DNA of 64,000 nt from an uncultured Gammaproteobacteria bacterium (GTDB lineage: Bacteria > Patescibacteriota > Patescibacteriia > Magasanikbacterales > GWA2-37-8): the NCBI GenBank assembly GCA_964482695.1, contig CAYZYP010000001.1, positions 68,143-132,142 of the forward strand, given 5' to 3'. The notes below the pieces were generated by a model. The model searched no databases and was not told the origin of the DNA. It was given only the letters and a program-made list of their open reading frames with translations. The translations under genes were made by a program, and so were the position numbers. Positions 28,153 through 38,400 of the stretch are shown here, in pieces. Numbering within the stretch: position 1 is the first letter of the stretch; every line of letters starts with the position of its first letter.

Positions 28153-28395
28153 ATGCGTTATTTAATCGGCTTGGCAATGGTTGGTTTTGGTGTTATATTA
28201 ATAATAAAGACCAAGTGGTTTGTAGAGAATTTTGGCACCAGTGCTTGGGCCGAAGAAAAAATGGGCACTGCTGGCGGCACGCGTTTGATGTATAAATTAA
28301 TTGGTTTGGGCTTTATATTTTTCGGCATGATGGTAATAACCAATATGATCGGTGGATTTTTAATGGCAACGATTGGGAAATTATTTATGAGATAA
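28153..28395 (+). CDS. Small membrane protein (two TM helices), unknown function.
   Basis: Hydrophobic ORF. The start is moved to 28153 to avoid overlapping the tRNA. Confidence 0.35.
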   Translation: MRYLIGLAMVGFGVILIIKTKWFVENFGTSAWAEEKMGTAGGTRLMYKLIGLGFIFFGMMVITNMIGGFLMATIGKLFMR

Positions 28396-28406
28396 ATTTA
28401 ATTATT

Positions 28407-28952
28407 ATGTCTCACTCGGGCACCGCTTTAATTGATCCGTATAAAGTTTTTGAAAAAGTAGGCTTATCTCCTGGGATGCGGGTGGCTGATTTTGGTTGTG
28501 GCCGCACTGGTCATTTTGTTTTCCCTAGCGCCAAAATAGTAGGTGAAAAGGGGATAGTTTACGCCATAGATATTATTAAAAACATATTAGAAAGCATCAA
28601 GAGCTTGGCAAAAAGCGAAGGTTATGATAATGTGCAAGTGATTTGGTCTGATGTTGAGCTTGTTGGGAAAACACCAATACCGGAAAATAGCCTAAATGCC
28701 TGCTTTTTTATCAATTTATTGTCCCAAGTAAAAGAAAGAGAAGCTGTTATCAAAGAAGCTTCGCGCTTATTGAAAAACGATGGTTATTTGGCCGTAATAG
28801 ACTGGCATAAAAAATTAGGTCTTTTGGGGCCCAGTGAAGCACAAAAAGTTTTGCCGGAATTGGTAATTAATTTTGCTAAAGATAGTAATTTAAAATTACA
28901 AGAAAGCACCATGATGAGCGATTACCATTATTTGTTGATTTTTAGAAAATAA
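28407..28952 (+). CDS. Class I SAM-dependent methyltransferase.
   Basis: Motif I 'VADFGCGRTGHF' and an acidic residue after beta-2 in 'VYAIDI'. Confidence 0.55.
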   Translation: MSHSGTALIDPYKVFEKVGLSPGMRVADFGCGRTGHFVFPSAKIVGEKGIVYAIDIIKNILESIKSLAKSEGYDNVQVIWSDVELVGKTPIPENSLNACFFINLLSQVKEREAVIKEASRLLKNDGYLAVIDWHKKLGLLGPSEAQKVLPELVINFAKDSNLKLQESTMMSDYHYLLIFRK

Positions 28953-28958
28953 TATATT

Positions 28959-29351
28959 ATGAGTATACAAAATATTTTTATTATTAATTATTGGCTTAGC
29001 CAACCTTTGCCAGCTTATGGTTTTACACTATTATTATTAGTAGGCGGCTTTTTGTTTTTTATAATTGTTGGTTTAGTGCTAAGAATAGTGATACAGACTA
29101 AAAAAGACAAATCAATAAGAGTGGCTTTGAAACGTTTGAGTAATTTTTGTATGGTTATGGGGTTGCTTGGCCTGATGTGGATGTTTTTTCGTCAACAAAA
29201 CGTATTTTTTTTATCTTGGCGATTTTGGTTATTGATTTTGATAGGCATCGCCGCTTGGTGGTTAGTGCGTATTTTAGAATATGTTATTCGTCGCGTACCA
29301 GTAATTAAACAAGAGCAAGCTGAACGAGAGATAAAGGCTAGATATTTATAA
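28959..29351 (+). CDS. Membrane protein of unknown function.
   Basis: Three predicted TM segments and a basic C-terminus. Confidence 0.35.
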   Translation: MSIQNIFIINYWLSQPLPAYGFTLLLLVGGFLFFIIVGLVLRIVIQTKKDKSIRVALKRLSNFCMVMGLLGLMWMFFRQQNVFFLSWRFWLLILIGIAAWWLVRILEYVIRRVPVIKQEQAEREIKARYL

Positions 29352-29360
29352 CTATATATT

Positions 29361-29720
29361 ATGTCAAGGAGGGCAAAAAATATAGGCGACTGGGGTGAAA
29401 ATCAAGCCGTAGAATTTTTAAGACGGCATGGTTTTGAAGTAAGAGAACGCAATTATCATGCCACAGTCGGAGAAATAGATATAATCGCCGTCAAAGACGG
29501 TGATTTTTATTTTATTGAAGTAAAGACAAGGTGTGGTAGATCTGATTTGGCTAATGATTTAACTATTACTAAAAACAAGAAATTCCGCTTGTCTAAAACC
29601 GTTAGACATTATTGCTATCATCGCCAAATAGTTAATACATCTTTGATTTTGGCTGGTCTGGTAGTGGCGGTAGATAGATATATCAAGAGGGTAAAATTTC
29701 GATTTTGCGTATTCTATTGA
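29361..29720 (+). CDS. YraN/UPF0102-family endonuclease-like protein.
   Basis: 'GENQAVEFLRRHGFEVRERNYHATVGEIDIIAVKDGDFYFIEVKTR' matches the UPF0102 core (PD-(D/E)xK-like). Confidence 0.7.
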   Translation: MSRRAKNIGDWGENQAVEFLRRHGFEVRERNYHATVGEIDIIAVKDGDFYFIEVKTRCGRSDLANDLTITKNKKFRLSKTVRHYCYHRQIVNTSLILAGLVVAVDRYIKRVKFRFCVFY

Positions 29721-29778
29721 CTGTTATTAGTTTTTTTGTTAAAATGTTGTTAATTAATAAAATTTAATATAATTTAGT

Positions 29779-30357
29779 ATGAATTTCAAACAAGAACGCA
29801 CTTATGTTATGATAAAACCAGACGGTGTTAAAAAGGGTTTGATTGGCGAAATTATTCGTCGTTTTGAACAGCGTGATTTAAAGATTGTTGCTTTGGAAAT
29901 GTTTATGCCCACCAGAGAGCAAATTGACAATCACTATCCAAAAGATGAAAGTTGGATAAGGCGTTTGGGGCAAAAAACATTAACCACTTATGAAAAATAT
30001 AAACTAGATCCAATGAAAGAATTAGGTGTTAACGACGAGTTTGAAATAGGGAAAATGGTACGTGGTTGGTTGGTAGATTACATGGTTTCTGCTCCTTTGG
30101 TACGAATGGTAGTAGAAGGCGTGCACGCTGTTGATATGGTAAGAAAAATTTGCGGGAATACTCTGCCATATTTAGCTGATATGGGAACAATCAGAGGTGA
30201 TTATTCTGCCGATTCGCCAGCCGTGGCCAATATGGAAAAAAGAGCTGTGATGAATTTGGCGCACGCGTCGGAAACAGCCACCGAAGCAGAGCACGAAATT
30301 AAACACTGGTTTGGGGATAGAGAAGTAATTTTTAAATATTCACGATTTACGGATTAG
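29779..30357 (+). CDS. ndk: Nucleoside diphosphate kinase with a ~45-aa internal insertion.
   Basis: 'ERTYVMIKPDGVKKGLIGEIIRRFEQ', 'NLAHASETATEAEHEIKHWF' and the catalytic His in 'NLAHAS'. At 192 aa it exceeds the usual ~140 aa. Confidence 0.75.
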   Translation: MNFKQERTYVMIKPDGVKKGLIGEIIRRFEQRDLKIVALEMFMPTREQIDNHYPKDESWIRRLGQKTLTTYEKYKLDPMKELGVNDEFEIGKMVRGWLVDYMVSAPLVRMVVEGVHAVDMVRKICGNTLPYLADMGTIRGDYSADSPAVANMEKRAVMNLAHASETATEAEHEIKHWFGDREVIFKYSRFTD

Positions 30358-30394
30358 CAACCTTTATAGGTACGCCTTATAGGCACGCCTAAAT

Positions 30395-30480
30395 GTTACG
30401 CATGGCGCCAAGGGATATGACTTTTTGGATCACAGGCTTTCGCCTGATGCCCAAAAAGTAATATCCCTTGGCGTGACGCA
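30395..30480. repeat. Nested palindrome G. Outer arms are gcgccaagggatat.actttttgg. An inner hairpin is atcacaggctttcgcctgatg.
   Basis: Seen directly. The right terminus 'ggcgtgacgc' is shared with the element at 43958-44030. Confidence 0.7.
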
Positions 30481-30578
30481 TTAATGAATAATTAAGACGC
30501 TGAGAAGCGTCTTTTGGATTAAGTTGAATAATGGTATAATATAGGATATATTTTGGCTAAAATATAAATTTAATTTTT

Positions 30579-31583
30579 ATGTCTAATACAAAATTAGTTG
30601 TCGCGGTTTTAGGCGCTGGCAATATGGGTACGGCAATTTCCCAGGTAATTGCCCAAAATGGTTATCAGGTTAATCTTTGGAATCACGAAGGTGACAAAGA
30701 ACCACTAGAGCAAATAGAAAAATATAGTGAAAATAAAAAATATTTATTAGGCGTAAAATTATCTAAAAATATTTTTCCTCAGCCGGATATTGCCAAGGCA
30801 GTAGAAAAAGTAAAGATAGTATTTTTTGTGGTACCTAGTTTTTTTATGGAGGCGGTAGTGAAAAAAGCGAGTAAATATTTGCAACTACGAACAGTTTGCG
30901 TGGACGTGTCAAAAGGCTTGGATGAAAAATCTTTGGGGCTTATTCCTGATATAATAAAAAAGAATTTACCGGTTTTATCGCGCCCACTGGTAGCTACTAT
31001 TTCTGGTCCAGCCATAGCTGGCGATATGGCTCGTGGCGGTTTTACGGCTATGAACGTAGCCTCGGCCAGTATTGATAGTATAAAATTAATTAAACAAGTA
31101 TTGGAAAATAATAATCTTAAACTTTTTCCGTCCAAAGATATAATTGGCATAGAGGTCACTGGTTCGTTTAAAAATGTATATGCTATAGCGATGGGGCTTT
31201 GCGATGGTTTAAAACTACCCATGAACACCAAAGCAGCGTTGCTTGTCTTTGCTTTAAGAGAAATTAGCGCATTGGTTAAAAAAATGGGCGGTCAAGCCAG
31301 TACTGTTTATGATTTGGCTGGCTTAGGGGATTTGGTTGGTACTGGTTTATGTGTTAGCAGTCGCAATCGTCATTTTGGCGAATTAATAGCGCTTGGCAAT
31401 AATATTGAAACCGCGATAAAGCAAGTAGGTCAGGTTGTAGAAGGGGTAAAAGCAGCCAAGGTTTTGCATGAATTAGGTAAAAAATATAAAATAAAAACTC
31501 CATTCGCGGAAATGATTTTTCGTGTGAGTAGCGGCAAGTTAAAATCCAAAGAAGCCATGAATAGATTTTTGAGGAGTTTATAA
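30579..31583 (+). CDS. gpsA: NAD(P)H-dependent glycerol-3-phosphate dehydrogenase.
   Basis: 'KLVVAVLGAGNMGTAIS' is the Rossmann motif, with 'GPAIA' and 'KN.YAIA.G' motifs. The length is 334 aa. Confidence 0.8.
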   Translation: MSNTKLVVAVLGAGNMGTAISQVIAQNGYQVNLWNHEGDKEPLEQIEKYSENKKYLLGVKLSKNIFPQPDIAKAVEKVKIVFFVVPSFFMEAVVKKASKYLQLRTVCVDVSKGLDEKSLGLIPDIIKKNLPVLSRPLVATISGPAIAGDMARGGFTAMNVASASIDSIKLIKQVLENNNLKLFPSKDIIGIEVTGSFKNVYAIAMGLCDGLKLPMNTKAALLVFALREISALVKKMGGQASTVYDLAGLGDLVGTGLCVSSRNRHFGELIALGNNIETAIKQVGQVVEGVKAAKVLHELGKKYKIKTPFAEMIFRVSSGKLKSKEAMNRFLRSL

Positions 31584-31603
31584 AATTTAGGATTTGCCAA
31601 GTT

Positions 31604-33331
31604 ATGCATAAAAAATCTGAAATAGATACACCATTACGCGTTGTTTGCGTATTTTTATTATTAATAGTTTTAGCCATAATTGCTAAATTATTTATTTTGC
31701 AGGTGCTTGAAAATAAATATTATTCTGCTTTGGCCATGGATACCCAAGAAATATATAAACAGATAATTCCTCGTCGTGGTAATATTTATATTCAGGATAG
31801 CCGTGATAAAAAAGAATATCCAGCCGCTATTAATCGGCCGTATTATTTGGTTTATGCTGTTCCGCGGGATATTTTACCTAGTCAGCTGGTGTCAACCACT
31901 GATTTTATAGTTAAATTATTCAATTATGACGATCAAAAAAAACAAGAACTTTATAAAAGTTTTTCTAAGAAAGATGATCCATACGAACCAATAGCCAAAA
32001 AAGTATCCGAAGAAAATGTTAATAAAATTAAAGCCGCTCAATTAAAAGGTATTAGCTATGCTAGCCAGGAGTTTCGTTATTACCCCGAAGCCAATACAAT
32101 AGCGCACATAACTGGCTTTGTCGGCATGGAAAGAGACGGGCAAGCTATTGGTCGTTATGGATTAGAGGGGGCTTGGGAAAAAGAGTTGGCTGGGCGTAGT
32201 GGTTTTATGCTTGGAAAAAAGAGCGCGCTAGGAGGGCTAATTACTTTGGCCGGGCGTACTTTTAAACCATCAGAAAATGGCGCTGATTTAGTATTAACCA
32301 TTGATCGCGCTTTACAAAACAAAGCTTGCGTTACTTTAAAAAATGGCTATATTAGCTACAAAGCCAAGAGCGCGGCATTGGTAATGTTAGATCCTAACAC
32401 CGGAGCTATTTTAGCAATGTGCAGCCAGCCTGATTTTGATCCAAATGAATATAGCAAAGTGAGTGATATTAATGTTTATAATAATACCGCTATTTTTACC
32501 GCGTATGAACCTGGCTCTGTTTTTAAGCCAATAACCATGGCAATTGCTTTGGATTTAAATTTAGTTAATCCAACTACTTTATTTACTGATCCAGGCATGC
32601 GTTTAGTTAGTGGCTATAAAGTGTACAATGCTTTAAAAGCAACCTATGGCACAGTTAGCATGACAAAAGTGTTAGAGCAATCAATTAATACAGGCATGAT
32701 CTGGGTAGAAGAGAAAATAGGTATTAAGCGATTTAAAGAATATTTGAAAAATTTTGGTTTTGGACAAAAAATTGGAATAAAAATGGATACAGAAGTTGCT
32801 GGCGATATTTCTCCACTAGATCAACCAGCAGAAATTTATGGCGCTAACGCTTCTTTTGGACAAGGATTTAGCACGACCCCATTACAGTTGGCCATGGCAT
32901 ATGGCGCGTTAGCCAATGAAGGAAAATTATTAAAACCATATATAATAAAAGAAGTGCGATACGCGGATGGTCGGATAGAAAAAACCGAATCGCAAACTAT
33001 TGGAACAATTATTTCTAGCCGCGCTCAGAAATTAATTACCGGCATGTTAGTATCGGTAGTAGAAAATGGCGGCGGCATGTTTGCTAAACTAGAAGATTAT
33101 TATATAGCTGGCAAAACAGGCACGGCGCAAATAGCTAGCCCTACTGGCGGCTATAGCGAAGCTAGTAATCATACTTTTACTGGTTTTTTTCCTGCTAATA
33201 GCCCTAAATTTGTTTTAGTGGTAAAATACGAAGCGCCGCAACGTCAATGGGCAGAATCAACAGCTGCCATAACATTTAAAGAAATAGCTGATTTTGCTCT
33301 TAAATATTATGGTGTGAAAGGAGATAAATAA
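31604..33331 (+). CDS. Class B penicillin-binding protein (PBP2/FtsI-type transpeptidase).
   Basis: N-terminal TM and a dimerisation domain. The SxxK motif is 'PGSVFKPIT', with 'SIN' and 'KTGTAQ'. Confidence 0.8.
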   Translation: MHKKSEIDTPLRVVCVFLLLIVLAIIAKLFILQVLENKYYSALAMDTQEIYKQIIPRRGNIYIQDSRDKKEYPAAINRPYYLVYAVPRDILPSQLVSTTDFIVKLFNYDDQKKQELYKSFSKKDDPYEPIAKKVSEENVNKIKAAQLKGISYASQEFRYYPEANTIAHITGFVGMERDGQAIGRYGLEGAWEKELAGRSGFMLGKKSALGGLITLAGRTFKPSENGADLVLTIDRALQNKACVTLKNGYISYKAKSAALVMLDPNTGAILAMCSQPDFDPNEYSKVSDINVYNNTAIFTAYEPGSVFKPITMAIALDLNLVNPTTLFTDPGMRLVSGYKVYNALKATYGTVSMTKVLEQSINTGMIWVEEKIGIKRFKEYLKNFGFGQKIGIKMDTEVAGDISPLDQPAEIYGANASFGQGFSTTPLQLAMAYGALANEGKLLKPYIIKEVRYADGRIEKTESQTIGTIISSRAQKLITGMLVSVVENGGGMFAKLEDYYIAGKTGTAQIASPTGGYSEASNHTFTGFFPANSPKFVLVVKYEAPQRQWAESTAAITFKEIADFALKYYGVKGDK

Positions 33332-33357
33332 CTATTTTATAATATTTTTATTTTTTT

Positions 33358-34650
33358 ATGTTTAGATCTCTTGTTCAATATCTCTTGCGCGTGTTATCAA
33401 AAAAAATAATAAAGAAGTATAAGCCAGATGTAATTGGAATTACTGGTTCTATCGGCAAAACTTCGACCAAAGAAGCTATAACTGCTGTTTTGACCAAGAG
33501 TTTTTTTGTTCGTCGTAGTAATAAAAATTATAACAATGAATTTGGCTTGCCACTAGCTGTAATAGGCGTGGAAAAAAGCCCCAATAGTTCTGGTTTTGGT
33601 TGGTTGGGGGTTTTATTTAAGGCTATAAAATTGCTTTGCACGCGTGATAAGAATTACCCAGACATTCTAGTTTTAGAAATGGGCGCGGATAAACCGGGAG
33701 ATATCCAATATCTTACCGAAATAGCACCCTGTAAAATAGGTGTTTTAACTTTTATATCACACGCGCACACTGAATTTTTTAAGACAATTAAGAAAATAGC
33801 CCAAGAGAAACGAGTGATTGTTTCTCATTTACAGCGCGATGGTTTCGCGGTTTTAAATTATGACAATGAATTAGTTTTGCAATGCGCTCAAACCACCAAA
33901 GCCGAAGTAATAACCTATGGTTTTAAGCAAGGCGCTGATTTGCGAGCCTCTGATGTTAAAGTGATAAAAGACGAAACAACCGGTTGGCCAAAAGGTTTGA
34001 ATTTTAAAGTGATCTATAAGGGGAATATTATTCCGGTATTTTTGCCTGGAGTTATCGCTCAGCCACTGATAAACTCTGCTTTGGCCGCTTTAGCAGTAGG
34101 TATAATTTTGGGAGTAAATTTAATAGAAGGTGTTCAGGCTTTAAGAGAGCTGCCGGTTCTAGCTGGACATTTAACTATTGTGCCTGGCATCAAGAATACA
34201 TTAATTATAGATGATACTTGCAATTCTAGCCCAGAACCAACCAAAGCAGCTCTAACAGCCATAAAAGATATTGATATAAAACCAGGTGACAGAAGAATAG
34301 CTGTTTTAGCTGACATGTTAGAACTTGGCAAAGAAACTGAAAATGCTCATCGCGAGGTTGGTTTTAAGGTAGCCGAAGTTGGAATAGATTATTTAATAAC
34401 TGTTGGTGAAGCTGCCAAGCATATTGCTTTGGCCGCCAAAGAAGCTGGCTTAAACGAAGATAAAATTGCCAGTTTTAGCGACAGTGTTTCGGCTGGTAAA
34501 TTTTTACAAGAAAAACTAAAAGAAGGCGATGTGGTTTTGGTAAAAGGTTCACAGAGTATGCGAATGGAAAAAATAGTAAAAGAAGTTATGGCCGAACCGC
34601 TATTAGCGGAAAAGTTGTTGGTAAGACAGGGAGAAGAATGGATTTCATAA
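33358..34650 (+). CDS. murF: UDP-N-acetylmuramoyl-tripeptide--D-alanyl-D-alanine ligase.
   Basis: P-loop 'GITGSIGKTSTKE' and a Mur ligase middle and C-terminal domain layout. The length is 430 aa. Confidence 0.8.
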   Translation: MFRSLVQYLLRVLSKKIIKKYKPDVIGITGSIGKTSTKEAITAVLTKSFFVRRSNKNYNNEFGLPLAVIGVEKSPNSSGFGWLGVLFKAIKLLCTRDKNYPDILVLEMGADKPGDIQYLTEIAPCKIGVLTFISHAHTEFFKTIKKIAQEKRVIVSHLQRDGFAVLNYDNELVLQCAQTTKAEVITYGFKQGADLRASDVKVIKDETTGWPKGLNFKVIYKGNIIPVFLPGVIAQPLINSALAALAVGIILGVNLIEGVQALRELPVLAGHLTIVPGIKNTLIIDDTCNSSPEPTKAALTAIKDIDIKPGDRRIAVLADMLELGKETENAHREVGFKVAEVGIDYLITVGEAAKHIALAAKEAGLNEDKIASFSDSVSAGKFLQEKLKEGDVVLVKGSQSMRMEKIVKEVMAEPLLAEKLLVRQGEEWIS

Positions 34651-34925
34651 TTTTTTTAATATTGTTTTAATAAAACTTCATAATTTATCCCCAAAATTTA
34701 CTTGCCAAAAAAATTTTGATGATGTAAAAAATATTTAAGGAGGGGAAAATATATAGCAAGTGCTTTATATTTTTCTAAAAGTATTTTTTACATTGTCCTT
34801 AGTACCCCTCCAAATACCCGGCCGCTTATAGCGAGCAAGCAGCGGGCAGAAAAAGGAGGGTTTTTTGTTCTGCTTTGTTCGCTTAAGCGGCGGGAAAGGG
34901 CGAATTAATTTAATAATTAAGCAAT

Positions 34926-35375
34926 ATGCGTAGCAAATTTTTTTTAGTAGCACTTTTTATATTTTTAGTTTTATTTATTTTAATTATGGTTTTGTATTTT
35001 TGGTTCACAAACAAACAAGAAAGGCTGAACGAATCAAATAAAATGTTATCTACACAATATATAAACGAAAACGTAGCGACTTTGCAAACACCGGAACAAA
35101 CTTATGAAAAATTAAGAGAATATTTAAATCAAGGAGAAATAAACAAAGCAACCGATCTTTTTATAGGCAAGTACCAGAGTAGATATCAAGAAATTTTTTC
35201 TCAGGCTAAAAAAGAAAATAAATTAAAAGAATTAGCCGGCAAGTTAGATAGCAAGATAAAAAAGTCAGCTACTGATTGTTTGATTACTCATTGTACCTAC
35301 ATTATGGAAAACAGCAGAGTAGAGATTGATTTTATTAAGGATGAGAATGGAGTGTGGCGAGTAGAAGCCTTATAA
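34926..35375 (+). CDS. Small N-terminally anchored protein of unknown function.
   Basis: N-terminal TM helix followed by a soluble ~110-aa domain. No recognisable motif. Confidence 0.35.
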   Translation: MRSKFFLVALFIFLVLFILIMVLYFWFTNKQERLNESNKMLSTQYINENVATLQTPEQTYEKLREYLNQGEINKATDLFIGKYQSRYQEIFSQAKKENKLKELAGKLDSKIKKSATDCLITHCTYIMENSRVEIDFIKDENGVWRVEAL

Positions 35376-35427
35376 TTTAAGATTTGTCGTCTAAATCTAA
35401 AATCTTAAATCATAAATTTTAAATTAT

Positions 35428-38400
35428 ATGAGGAGGGATAAATTTAAAATATTTTTTGTTATTTTTAGTATTGTTTTAATCATAGTCGTGGGAGTAATTT
35501 ACGAGCGCGCTAGTAGTTATGATTCTGTTTTAACGCATCCTGGAATTGTTGTTCTGGCGGCTAAATTACATAATGACAAGGCGGAAAGAAAATTAACACT
35601 TCAAGAAATAAATTGGTTGGCCGAAGGAGCAGAGTTAGAAGATACACCTACTCGCTGGCTTAACCATTTTTATGATCCAGTAAGTAGCCGTGGCTTAAAA
35701 GGTATTTATTTGTCAGCCAAAAAATGGGCTAAAAACAGTGATAAACAGAAAAATTATGCCTTAGGCGACAATAGTTGGCTTAGAGCAATAGATGATTATA
35801 AAAAAGGGAATTATGAACAGGCTTTCAAAGCTTTAGGCCATGTTTTGCATTTAATAGCCGACGTATCTGTGCCGGCTCATACGCGCGACGATATTCATAT
35901 TTACAGCGATTCTTACGAAGAATTTGTAAAGCAGAATTGGCATGCTTTAAAATCGCGATTAGATCAAGAAAATTTAACTGTCAATAATTTGGAAAATATT
36001 TTTGATCAATTAGCTTTTTACAGCAATAATAATTTTTTTAGCGATGATACAATAGTAGATTCTAAGTATAAACTGCCAAGTTTAGAATTTTTAGATGTCC
36101 AAGGTGATTATTTAATCAGTAATTTAGACAATAAAGATTATAAGTTAGCTTACAAATTAGCGCGTTTTAGACAATCTATATTTGATCAGCGTTTTATTAT
36201 TTACAAACTAGACGCGTCTGTTTTGTCTGACTATGCCAGATTTCTTTTGCCAAAAGCCATCAGTTATAGCGCTAGTGTAATAAATTTATTTTTTGCTGAA
36301 ATACAAAATAATGTTCCACGAAATTTATCATCAGAGCGTGTTAATGTTTTGGGGCAAGTTAATCAGGCGGTTGGCGCTGTAGTTAGTAAAGGAGAAGAAA
36401 TAATAGAAAAAATTAGTTTATTAGAAGACCAAAAAGATGTTATTTACGAAAATGTTTTAAACCTAGGTGACAAATTAGACCCAAACGAAAGTATGGCAGA
36501 ATTTTTTGTAGTAGAAGATAAAGAAAAAAACGATGACGATATAAATAATATAGAAAACGTGCCAATTGAGACAAGTAAAGAAGAGGTAAAGTTAATAGAA
36601 TTGCCATCAATTATTTTGGAAAATAATGAAAATAATAGCTATGCTTATTTATTTACCGCGATAGCGGCCGATAGTGATAATTTAACAGCTTCAAATACAG
36701 TGGCGTCTGTTGTTGCTAGTAGTACGATAGTGGCGACATCTACTCTTTTTACTACAACAACAATATTTGTTACCTCTACTTTAGTTACTTCCACTACAGC
36801 TGTTACTTCTACTATTGTAATTTCTACCAGCAGTATTATTAACAGCTCTCTTGTTTTTGACGCAGCAACAACTACCGATGATTATTATGTCGCAACTTCT
36901 ACTAATCAATCTGGCGTTGTTTCTCCATCCTCAACAGTTAGCGATGATTTAAGTATGGAGGTAATAATAAATGAGATAGCTTGGGCAGGTGTATCTAGCG
37001 ATTTTCCCAAAGATGAGTGGTTTGAATTATATAATAATACCGATAAAGAGATAGATATTACTAATTGGAAAATTTTAGTGTCTGGCCGAGAAATTAAGTT
37101 AGAAAATATAAAAAATATTATAATAAAGCCTTACGGATATTATTTATTAGAAGCAAACAGAACAGAGCGGATGATCGGCCTAGAGCCGGATGCTTTGTAT
37201 GACCTAACTTACGGCATTAATAATCAAGGGGCTAAAATAGAATTATTTAATGAACAGGGTGTAAAGATAGATGAAGTAGATTGTTCTAATGGCTGGTTTT
37301 TTGGCGACAATGTTAAATATCGTTCTATGGAAAGATTAGATTCTTTGGCTGATGGTAATGATATAAATAATTGGCAGAGTAATTATGGTCCGCGGGCAGA
37401 GCCGCGCACTTATTTGGGCGGACCAATTTATGGCTCGCCAGGCATGCCTAATTTTGGTTTTATTTCTTTGCGTGGCGCGCAAGAAAACAATATTGTTGAT
37501 TTAACTTATGAAAATAATCCTTATGTGTTAGAAAATTACGAAATTCCCGTTGGAAAAATATTAAATATTCAGCCAGGAGTGATTGTTAAGGGTTATAGCC
37601 AGTTGGCTAGAATAGATGTTAAGGGGGAGTTAAATATAAACGGTACGATTGCCGAGCCAGTAGTTTTTACTTCTGGCCGGGATAATACTTTTGGCTACGA
37701 TTTGTATGATACAATGGTCGGCCAATGGAACAGTGAACTGGCTGTTGGCAAAGATTGGCAAGGATTTAGATTTTATCCAGAGTCAACAGGCAAAATAGAT
37801 TATTTAGAAATGCGTTATGCCGGAGCAGATTTTAAATTACTAGATAACGATGCTAATACAGTTTCCGAAGCAATTAGGGCGGATGGAGCCAATATTAATA
37901 TAAATAGCAGCACATTTTATTACAATGGGTCTAAAACAGTAGTTTTAGATAATACTTTTACTAGTATTAAAAATACCGCCTTTGTTGGCGGAGAAGTAGC
38001 AATAGAATCAAAAGACAGTAATTTGAATTTATTTAATCTTAACTTTGATTATTACAGCGCTATTGATGGCATTTTATCAATTAGCGGTGATTGGCCTAAA
38101 CTAGAAAATTTAGTAGCCGGAGAAGGAACAAATAATTTGTTTAAATTTGAAAAAATAGAAATGAAGCCAGATGATTTATTGAATATAGCGGCGGCGTTTA
38201 TTGGAGATGACGATTTAGATGGTGGCGTAGTTAACAATAGTAAAGTAATAACCCTGTTTAATGATTGGCAATATTTGTTTAGTGAATTATCGGTAGAAGC
38301 AGGTGTTACTTTGCGTATCAAAGAGGGAACTAATATTTATTTAAATAATCGTGGAGTTATTGATATCAAAGGCCAATTAGAGTCTTTGGGAACCGCAGAT

